64,000 nucleotides of DNA from assembly GCA_905178155.1 (NCBI GenBank), contig CAJINV010000009.1, positions 1,609,907-1,673,906 of the forward strand, in the 5' to 3' direction. The translations under genes were made by a program, and so were the position numbers. Positions 27,649 to 37,672 of this stretch are shown piece by piece (the first letter of the stretch is position 1; each line of letters begins with the position of its first letter). A model generated the notes under the pieces. That model did no database searches. It was not told where the DNA came from and saw only the letters and a program-made list of their open reading frames with translations. Source of the DNA: Amoebophrya sp. A120. Its lineage: Eukaryota; Protista; Dinoflagellata.

Positions 27649-28313
27649 ATGTCTCAACCGCAAACCACCGTTATTGTCACCCCGCCGCCGGCGGGCGCGG
27701 CTTGCCGCGACGATTCCAACCCGATTGGAACTTTCGGGTGCGATAAGCGCGTCAACCCGGGCTGCTGTGTCAAATTTTTTTGCTCCGAGTGTACGGTCAC
27801 CAATTACGAGGGGCTTTCCTTGTTGGCGATCATCGGTATCTACTTCTGCGCTAATTTTTTGTCTTTGATAAGGATGTGTTTATGCCTATGCATCTTCGAG
27901 CACTTGATGAAGCGGGTATTTCTGAAGTTGCATTTTTTGTATGCAGATGGACACGACGTTAGCAGCGATTACAATCACCCGCGTGAATCAGTCTGCGTTC
28001 TCAGTCACGAGAAAGAGATTTTCTGCCCCTCCTGTGATAAAAGCGTCTTTGGAAAAGCATAGATATAACAGCCCAAATACGAAAAAAAAAAACAGGTTGG
28101 ATCCTGATGCTGCTTCCGGGTGCGGGTCACGGTTTGTTTGGTCTCTACGTGTGCTGCTGCTACCAGCCCCCGCTTTTGGGTGTGCACTACGGGAAACCTC
28201 GCATCAACGTCGTTGGCGGCCCGGTCAATGTCGTCCACGCGCATGCTGGCGAAGACGAGCATTTGCGCTACGATGACTTTGATGATTCAGATGACGAGCG
28301 CCTGATGCCGTAA
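27649..28313 (+). CDS. Small Cys-rich membrane protein (weak PMP3/YqaE-like hairpin), 2 exons, ~134 aa
   Basis: Exons 27649-27835 and 28096-28313, GT-AG intron in phase. Hydrophobic core LSLLAIIGWILMLLPGAGHGLFGLYVCCC. Confidence 0.7.
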
Positions 28314-29763
28314 TTTGGTCGTCAACAAGTGACTCGTCAAACAAACGTTTGATTTATCCGCTCCTCGTTACATCTATCTGCGAAGGAGATGTGCAAGCGG
28401 CGCCGTGGTGGTGATGTCTCGGTACCGGCAACTTCTATACGAGTTGTGCACTCTCGCACGAAGATGATGTGTACTTGCCAGGTGCTCGCTCCTTCGCAAA
28501 AGGAAACTACCATAGCAAGACCCTAAATACAATTTCGTATCAGCTCTACGTGTAATATTTTTCATAGCATATGACGACGCTGTGTACAACGGTTTTTTCT
28601 CAACCTCAAAGGACTTATAGAAAGATATGCGGCGATGTCTCAACATCATTGAGAACTTCTGAGGTCAGAAAAGTTTTGGCCTTTTGGAGATATACGTTAC
28701 AGAAGCCGTGCAGCTCTCAAAGTTGATGTTGAGTGATTTGTCTTGGAGAGGAGGATGTAGACTAATCTGTAACGTAGTTGCGCCGAACAGTTTTACGTTT
28801 TCTGGTTTTTCAAACCTTTTGATATTAAAGGCACGAACGAGTCGCGGTCTGCGCGATTTCGATATTTCTCCGGAAACCTATCGGAACGACGAGGGATTTT
28901 TATTTTCGCTTTTTGATGCAGCTCTAGCTCTACTAGGTAGCAGAGCTTGTCATGCACACTCAAGTTCATGCTCAAGAAGCGCTGATGTCTGCCACCTAAT
29001 CTGCGAAACGAGAACACAAGGCTACCCATTCGAGTACATTTGGAAGTATGGGACAAAAACTGGAAGTGCGCGAGGAAATCGTACGATGAGTGGTTCTTTG
29101 TCTCTAAATTATGCTCACGGAACTATTAGCCTTTCATTTTCTGTGTCGGATAATTGCATTCCTGCATTCTCTTCTCTGGTTCAGTTTTATCGGGGGAGAG
29201 ATGCATAGAGTAAGCAGGCATCCACATTAAGAAAGGAACACACGAAGTACGCTTCTACTGTTTACCTCTTTTCTGAGTCTGACACTGATAATCAACTCTG
29301 GTCTGCGCATTACTCTTCCGTAAAAGGTCCAACCGTTTTGGATGATCCTCCACGGATTTTCGCTTTGGGCTTGTATCCAAGAACACCCAATCGATTGCTG
29401 GTCAAGGTGTTCGTTTAGATAAATGAATCCATTAAGGTATTCGAAGGTCGTTTTGAGTGTGCCGGTTCGACACTGGTTTTGTTCAAAAAAGATGATTGAC
29501 GACAATTCAAGTGGCCGTCACAAAGAAAAATCATGTCGGTGGTCTTTGAGTACTGCAAAATGCAGTTCGGTTGTCCTACCTATTCAGGGTTCCATCAAAG
29601 ATCAAGCTATGCGAGGGGTAAGAAAATTGACGCCGTCATTCTCTGCACTTTCTTGTACTCTGAGAGATTTCCTTTGTTTCGTTTCCTTCTTTGCATCACT
29701 TCGTAGTCGTACGAAGAGATAAAGAAAATTTCTTCTTCTGCACCAGAACCAGTTCGCAGTATC

Positions 29764-32700
29764 ATGGGAAAAATGACATCTTCATTCGAAAAATGCCTCT
29801 CTGCAGTCACAGGCATGTACGTCTTGTTCGTGGCGTTGCTCGTCGCGCCACTTGTGCACAGCACGGGCAGGGCGAGCGCGGTGCACAAGCAGGCAGGACC
29901 GCCCGGTTCCCTTGTTGCGAATAAGCTCCAGCGTGAGCTCCACCGTTGCCACACGGAGCTTGGACTGCTCGAGAATCCGGATGTGGTCAAGGACTACAAT
30001 TACTTGAATGTTGCAGGAGTGTACTGTGGCACGCTCTCGTGGTTACGATACACTAGCGCCGCAGACGCAAACAAGCATGTTGGCGCAGGAACCTCTCGCC
30101 CCGCAGTTTTTCTGGACTTTTTCCTCGGCGCAGGGGGCTACCAGCAGTTTCTGCAGCAGGCCGTTGAAGCGTACCAGAGGGAAGAGTATCGCAAGGGAGC
30201 GAAGCAGGCGGATCACGTGGCCGCAGCGAAAGAAGCTTTAAGGGTGTAAAAAATTCAGCTTCAAGAACAGCTTTGAAAATTCGGCCTGTCGGTTTTTATT
30301 TTAGTCGCAGAGACCTTCAGAGTCAGCGCCAACATACAGTGGCGCCGCCAGCTCATTTCGAGCCCCATTTCGCTCGCAGAAGGTCGCAACTCGTGCGAAA
30401 GCGACCATTCGCGCCGCAAAGCATCTTCTGCGCGTCATTCGCGAGGTTCTGCGCATATTCTGCGCTCCGTTGCCAGCATTCTGCGCGCAGTTTGTCACTT
30501 CGTGACGAACTGCACACAGAGTGAGTGGGGGAACGGGTTCGCGAACACATCAAAAAACAATAGAAAGAACACCACACAAAACGAGTCAAAGAACGCCACA
30601 CAAAACGAGTCAAAAAACAGCATAGCGAAAAGACAGCGTTAGGCGCGGATAAGCGCTTCCAGCGATGCCTGCTTTTTTGTGCTCAAAAAGCCACGTTTCT
30701 GCGATCAAAAAAAAGCGCGGCTGTTTCTTGCTCTCAGGAACGAACGGGAACTGGAACCCTCCCGACTCTCAAGTGGGCAAAGTTCCAGTTCCCGTTCCTG
30801 TAGCTTTCTCTGTATGAAAGCTCCAGCGCGCAGGAATTGGAGCGCTCAATTGCGGAACTCGAGCTGGAACGTTCAAAAAGAGAACGCTCCAGGTCAACAC
30901 GAGCTGGAGCGTTCAAGAAATGAAAGCTATAGGAGCGGGAACAGGAACTTTGCCGACTTGAAAGGCGAGAAAGTTCCAGCTCTCGTTCCTGAGAGGAACA
31001 AAAAAGTGGGCGCCAAGGTAGTGCGCCAGCGTCTCCGCGGAGACGCGCGGGCACTACCTTGGCGGACAATTTGCACCTTCATCTCCAGTTGTTCTCTTCG
31101 GAAATTCCGAGGTACAAAAAGTGCGGGTCACGTGGCCGGGAGCGAAGCAGGCGGATCACGTGGCCGCAGCGAAATCAGCTGCTGAGGATGGGAAGAAGAG
31201 CGGAAGTTGGAAAACCAAAAGCCGAGGACCTGCATCAACTACGGATGAAGTGAAAGACGCTGCGCAGCGGATTGTGTACGTTACCTTCGAGCGTGATCAC
31301 GATGTCATTCGTTCCGTGCACATGGCCCCGGGTAAGGGACTGCTCGTGAGGCCGCGGAAGAGTACCACCCTGCCGCATCAGCACGTAAAGCTGCACGATT
31401 TGGGGGCTAATGTTGGGTCAGAGGAAGCGTTCGGTCTCGGGCAGGTCAAGGCGCAAGAACCTTTGCGAGCCAATTTGACAAATTGGCTCTCCGCTGCTGC
31501 TCGATCCAGAACTTTCGTCGGTGATCTCGTGCTGGCGGACTCGCTAGCCGTCTTGGTGAAAGGCGAAGCCCTTGGCACCATGGCAAAAAGTTCCGAAAGC
31601 GGGGAGACGCCCCAGCAGTCTCCCCTTAGCACTGCGTGTGAAGCGATCTTGCAAAACCATCTGGCGCAGCGGCAGGACGCCGGGCAGTCACGCGGGAACG
31701 CAAAAGCCGGCGCCACGTCGCTGGGGAGCTTCATTCTCTTGGACGGATCGATGTGCGCCACTGTTCCGCCGTCGAGCCATCCTGAGGAAACTACCTGTTT
31801 CGAGCGCGAGTGGCTTGCGATCGAAAAGCATTGCCGACCGAGGGTGCTCTTCGTGAACAACGTGAATTTGCCGCAACACTCGGGCGGCTGGATCCGGGAA
31901 CACTTGGTGACTGCGAAAAATTGGTTGGAAATCTTCACCGACGCTATGATCGACGCGGACGGTGGTGGCGCGCCAGCGCCTGCGTTGCGGGAGTTCTACC
32001 GGCACAGAAAGTTTGCCATTCTGGTGTCCCCGGAAGCGGAAGTTTTGGAGACAGGGGAGGGAGATGATGCAGCTGCTGGCTTTCCGAGCCAGACACTCGC
32101 GGCTAAGGTACTAGATCTCGTATGGTCATGGAAATTGATGTTGATGTAGAAGTAGAGTTTTTTGTACAGTGCGGAAACACGACTCTAGGTGCGTGATATT
32201 ATGGAGGCATGATGACATGTAGAGTCCTCTGTTTTTCTTTTTGCATTTTCGTGCGCGTTTTAGTTTTACACTTTATGGTGCACTTCTGCATCACGAGTTT
32301 GAGTTTCCACGTGTCAATAATCCGCACCGAGCGAAGAAGAAACTTTCAACGATTCGATGCAGCCGCCAGCCGAGCCGCTTTCTCGGCGTCTCCGCGAGGG
32401 TGCCGTCAAACTCCTGCGCATTGCCGACCAGATCCAGAAGACAGGAAGCGACATGGTAAAGACTGTTTTGCGGGACGGCATGACTATCACGCACGAAGAT
32501 GGCGCGCAGCCAGATCATGCCAGCACCACTACGAGAAGCAAATCCGAGGCACAGAAGCTGCAGAGCAATCTTTTCGGTATCGCCAAGCTCCGCGCCGGCG
32601 ACAAAATCAGAGGTGGGGACCGGGAAACGTTTTTCACGAAATTCCTAGATGACATGAACACGCTTTTCTTCGACCGCGAGCTGCAAGCGGATCATGAAGA

Positions 32701-35700
32701 AGATCATGGAAAGCAAATGGGTGGGGAAGTAGTACTAGCAGACACCCCGCCCGGGGTAGCAGCTCCGAAAAAATCTTCTGGGGCCGACGTCATTTTCCGC
32801 AACTCATTCGTGTTGCCCAACATCCCGACACCTTTTGTGGCATTGAAACGAGACGTCAGGCAGTTCTACAACTATGCCGTTTCCATGGACTTGTTGATTC
32901 CGATGAAGACTAACGAGCCGCCGGCAGATGAAGCGCGGACACGGCCGAACACTGTCGCGGCAAACAAGCAAGAGCACGAGGAAAGCACCTCCGAAACGGG
33001 CACGACCGCGCCCCAAATCATCCGCCCCGAGGACCTGTGGGAATGCGCCGTGTACACGGAGTTGCTGGACGTTGCGGTGCTGAAGCCGATCGGAGTCTCC
33101 GTTTCGTCACAAGTGAACTTTCACCAGGCCCTCGCTTTTTCTCCGGATACGAACGTCATTCGGCGGCAGTGGGAACGGCTGCGCCTAGGCCAATTTGTAG
33201 ACGACAGCGCGAAGGCCCTAAGTCGGGCAGAGTGGGGCGTCACTTGGGAACGGTTGCGGATAAGCTTAAAGCGGTTTGCACAGCATGCAGATAACCCTGC
33301 TCGAACCGGTAACGGGGAAGCCGTGCGAAAACAGCGAAGTAGCTCGTCGTGCGCGGAGTTTCTGGGCACGGTGACGGCGCTTCTGCAAGGGAGGAACGAG
33401 GAGACTGCCGACAGCATTTTTGATGGTGAAGGCGTTGGAAGCAATTCCGAGCAACCGACTGAGAAGGCTGCAACATCGGACAACTCGCAGTGCCTATTCG
33501 ACAAGTTCGTACCGTCCACTCGCGTCCGCGACTTCGTCGTGTACGAGCGCCTTCCCGATGTTGAAAACGAACTCTGTCCGTCGTCCGTGCCTGCTCGGAA
33601 CGAACTGCGGCCGACCGAAGAAACTCCTCATGACGGAGTAAAGCACGCCGAAGGGCGAAGGATCTCCTCGCACCATCAGGAGCGCGATCGAACAAAAGCA
33701 CAAAGTTTGCAGCACCAGATAAACACGCTGTTTGATCACGAGGAACGGTTCGTTCGCGACTTGCAAGATCTGGAAAAGGCAATTCTCGAGTACATTCCGT
33801 CCTATTACCTGTCTCACGACTCCCTGGGTGAACTCCATATTCTGCCGACGAGCCGCGTGGCCTTGGACACGGCACGGGAAAAAGGTGTCGCCAAGCAGAC
33901 GCAAGAAACGACGCAAGCGGGTGGGCAAGAGTCTGCGCGTCATGTTGCGGTGGAAAAATCCCTGACGATCCTTGGCATCACGCTGTTGAAACGAGCCCGC
34001 GAGAGTCTGCTCAGTTTCCGCCGCGGCTTCATGCTTCCCCGGCTAAGTGTTGCGATGCAAGCGCTCGCGTTTAGGAGCATACAGGAGCGGCAGAAGCGGT
34101 ATCTGCAGTGCTTGGAAGGGCAAACGGTCTCCGATCAAAAAGGACGAGAAAAACGGACACCAATCGAAGACTTCGAGCATGTGGTGTGGCCTGTAGTGGC
34201 GCGGTTTTTTGCAAAAGCGAAGGCTGCACTTTTCGGCTTTGATACGGATGCAGCTGCTAGGGGCGCTGCTTCAGGACCGATTTCATTTGCAGATCCTGAC
34301 CTCAGCCTGAACATCGGTAGCGTCTTCAAGTCTCTTCGCGCGGAGAGTCGCAGCGGCCAGGAAGTGCCCTTTTCCTCTTCTGCGAGCAGCAGCGCGCTAA
34401 TCTCTTTTCTCGAGCAGGAATTCCGAACCCGCCAGAAGGGCAAAGAGCAAGTTTTTCCATCCACGAAGCGCGAGAAGGACTCGGCGGGAGGAAAAGGGGA
34501 TCAGGCCGCGCCTGCTGCAGCGCTGTATGAAAAGCTCGAGAAGCGACTGCTGAAGCGAATCGTTGTCCCCGCGGTACGGAGATTCGGCATTCACCTCGGC
34601 GTATTCGATCCTATGTCTGCCGACTACGCAGTGCGGGCAAAGTTCACGGACTGCACGACACCCGACTCAGCAAATGCATTCGGGGCACTGGATCAGGCCG
34701 TGCGCTTCTGCTGCAGTGAGCTGGAGCCGGAAGCGCCGGAAAATCATTTCAAATGGAACCTGGCACTGAGTCGGCACATGCCATTTGAGCTCGCTGCCTT
34801 CGGTGGCTACACGATGGCACACCCAAGCACCGAGAAAGACACTGACAGAAATACCTCAACAGGAGGGTGGTCGACGTACAATAAGATAGAGGCGCTGGTG
34901 CATTCCGCCGGCCTACGTGTGGCAAAGAAACGCGTGCAGCGCCGAGAGGAAATACTAGACGCACAGACCACAGCACCGAAAAGCGAGGCGACCAGTGCGA
35001 GCGACGGCGTGCCCGGCGCTCTTCGTGCCGCGTCGGTGCAGCGACGTCCCGACCTCGAGATGGGTTTGAGCAGCAGTAGTTATCTGTTCGAACTGCTTGC
35101 GCGACGAAACGAAACGACCCGCTGGGCGGTGTCTTCCTGGTTTCCGTTGGTGAGACGGGAACCGGTAGTCCAAGCCTTGGCCGAATATCAACAAGGTAGT
35201 GCGGGACCATCCGGCTCGAGCGGCTTTCTTTTTCCATTTCTGGCGACACTTATCCAAGACCTGCGCTCGGGGCTTCACAAGCACCAGCTTTCTTGGAGTG
35301 CAGGGGATTCCGACGAGACGGTGGAGCGCAAGATGGAACTGATTTCGAACACCCTGCAGGATCGCGTTCAGAACGCGGCATCCCTTACGGCGAAGGGGAC
35401 AGGAGGGCGGGGTACCACGAAGAGCCTAGCGGAAGTCTCGGCGATGCTTGAGGCTGTGGCGAACGAGAGAACGACCTCAGCGAGCCTAAACGCGGCCGCC
35501 CTTGCGAGCGCACAGGAATCCGCGTCCCGGCTGGATTGGCTGCACAAGAGTCTGCCGCGGTGGATCACCCTGCTCGGGTACGACGTTCGTCCGACGCCAT
35601 TCTTGCACGTGCTCACAAGGGCCGACCGAACTGGTACTGCTGCCCAGTTTGGTTCGTTTGCAGAGCGAATGTCCTCTGCTCATTCACTCGCTAGACAAAA

Positions 35701-36544
35701 CCAAACCGAGGGCGGTGCGCACGGCCTCCTTCTACCCCAGCGGAGCAGCGTGCCGCTCCTGAAGCACTTCGTTGCTAAATCGGAGACCACTATCTCGCCC
35801 TTGGAGCTACAATTTGCTTCCACCACCAGCGCCGCTTCCAGTATTACACGAGCAGGAGACGCGACGTCGCCGTGGCCGTTAGCAAAAATTCCGCCCTTCG
35901 TCTTTTCCGTGACAAAACTCGCGGAGAGTTTCCGAACGACGAGGGTGGTCCGCCAAAACTTAAATTTAGCAAGCAGCACTGCATCTGCTCAGCAGCATTT
36001 TCAAGGGGAAAACTATAATCGCGGCACATTTCGGCAGTTCAACGACCAAGATTGCCTGGGCTTCATCCAGAGCCATCCCTTGCCGGACCACTTCCCCGAG
36101 GCGGAAAAGGTGTTCATGAAGTACTTGAAACACGGGCCGCACCGCGCAGACTGGTGCCTGCTGTGGGTGCTTTACCACAACGGCGGGATCCACCTCGACA
36201 GCGACGTGATGGTGTACGAAAACTTTCTCCCCTTCCTCGCACACGGAGAAAATGCAGCAGTTTCTTCGCGAGCGGAGGTCATCGCGCTGGTGACGGCGAG
36301 CGAGCCCTTCTCGGTGGACACGGGCGTTTTTGGTACGACCAAAAAGAACAAGCTAGTGCTGGACGCGTTGTCGCACATTTACCAGTCCAGGAAAGACCAC
36401 GCCCGATGGGCCGCGCCGTTGTCCGAAAGCTACTGGGCCACCTGCTGGATTCTTGCCGGGGCGGTGAAAAAATTGTACGTGATGGACCGCTGGGAGAAGG
36501 TGTTCTGGCTGAAACCCGTCACCATGGAAGACTATCTGTTCTAG
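29764..36544 (+). CDS. Very large secretory-pathway protein (~1860 aa): N-terminal TM/signal, possible class I methyltransferase-like region, C-terminal GT32/OCH1-like DxD glycosyltransferase domain
   Basis: Proposed exons 29764-30207, 31151-32107, 32363-36544. The junctions are a 943-nt intervening sequence and a phase-0 GT-AG intron at 32108-32362. The C-terminal RADWCLLWVLYHNGGIHLDSDV matches the GT32 sugar-binding motif. It could be two genes if 32108-32362 is not spliced. Confidence 0.65.
30195..31174. repeat. Perfect 37-bp direct repeat of coding sequence bounding a 943-nt intervening sequence
   Basis: GGGAGCGAAGCAGGCGGATCACGTGGCCGCAGCGAAA at 30195-30231 and 31138-31174, with a partial third copy at 31123-31137. 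Confidence 0.92.
30731..30995. mobile_element. Foldback/MITE-like element with ~75-bp inverted arms
   Basis: Arm 30731-30808 is the reverse complement of arm 30922-30995 (roughly 85% by eye). Each arm is itself internally palindromic (GGAACTGGAAC/GTTCCAGTTCC). Confidence 0.75.
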
Positions 36545-37361
36545 TAAAAACGGCTGGACCGCGCGCCTCCAGTTGCTGGATGAAATGGACGTCAGTTGGC
36601 TTTCCAAGTTGTGAGCTATTGTCTGACGCAAGAGCTGCTCTTTGGTTCGCAGCATCGATTTTTTTATTCCTATGGTTATTCTTAGATACCAATCTGGTTT
36701 CGCTTTCGTGTCTTCATGTTCATGATAGACTTAGACGTGTACAATTTTTAAGTTGTAGCTCTTTAGCACGAGCTGCTCCAATATCGACGATCTTGTTGGT
36801 GTCTTACATTCGATAAGAACGCCAGCACTGAAGCCTGCCATGAACCAAGTTCGATGCCTCACGTATAGTTTGGGTTTCAGTTCGCATGTATCGACTCTGA
36901 TCAAAAGATTAAATTTGTATTCTCGCATCTTCACTTCACGTTGCGACCCTTGTGCATGAGACGTGCGTCCAGCGTGAAGATGATTGCGCTCTGTAAGTAA
37001 AATCCATTTGTGATGTTGCACGATAGGAAGTTAAGTAGTCACCAGTCAGTTTGCAAGAGCAAGGCTGGTTTTTGATACTAGAGTTGATAAGTAGAGTTAG
37101 AATTTGGTAGTTTGTTGATACGTAGTATCTTGGTTTGTGCATACTTGGGATCTTGATCAGCTCCTACGAGTTGAACGTCGGGCAGCTCTGCAGCTCAGGA
37201 GGCCCAGCAAAACAATTTTGCGATAGTTGCAACCCCTTTTGAGAACTTCTTGGGACAATCAAGAAACCGGTCTTGATTAGTGCCGTATGTGCCGGAGCTC
37301 TTACAGCCTTGGGCGCGCAACCACCACATCCACCTCCTCTATGCAGACCTCCACCTCCTAG

Positions 37362-37383
37362 CGTAGCCATTTTCGGACTCAAG
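37362..37383 (+). other. Degenerate dinoflagellate spliced-leader-like sequence
   Basis: CGTAGCCATTTTcGGaCTCAAG equals the dinoflagellate SL (CCGTAGCCATTTTGGCTCAAG) with two single-base insertions. It is followed by GT and lies ~290 bp upstream of an ATG on the same strand. Confidence 0.65.
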
Positions 37384-37672
37384 GTTGCATGGGGGATGGA
37401 AGCGGTACAGTGACAGTTCGTGAGATTCTGAGTCAGGAGAGATGAAAGCATGAGGCGAAGAGTGCGGGAAGAACACAGAGCAACAAGCTGCTCACTGCAA
37501 ATGGAACGCACAATATGAGAGTTTGATTGAAGTTCATTCGGCGGTTGCGTGGAGATTTGCATATGCAGGAGGTGAAGAGCTTTACGTTTGTTCTGCATTG
37601 CCGTATTAGGTTGAAGTGAATTTGTTCTACTCTTTCGTATTTACGGGCTATCTTACGATTAGCAGAACGACC

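Noticed and set aside
28684-29208. 174-aa intergenic ORF (and similar short ORFs at 4789, 12868, 37164)
   Set aside because: No recognisable motifs and no coding-like codon bias; several lack an ATG start.
36542-36760. Stop-codon reassignment (as reported for one Amoebophrya strain) letting the GT32 ORF read through TAG TAA ... TGA; likewise the TAG at 6046
   Set aside because: ORFs of 1395 and 1139 codons contain no in-frame stops and use CAA/CAG/TGG normally. Stop density after 36544 is about that of non-coding DNA.
36532-36820. A TATC element at the end of the GT32 ORF
   Set aside because: No matching inverted terminus with a 5-bp duplication (AAGAC) was found downstream.
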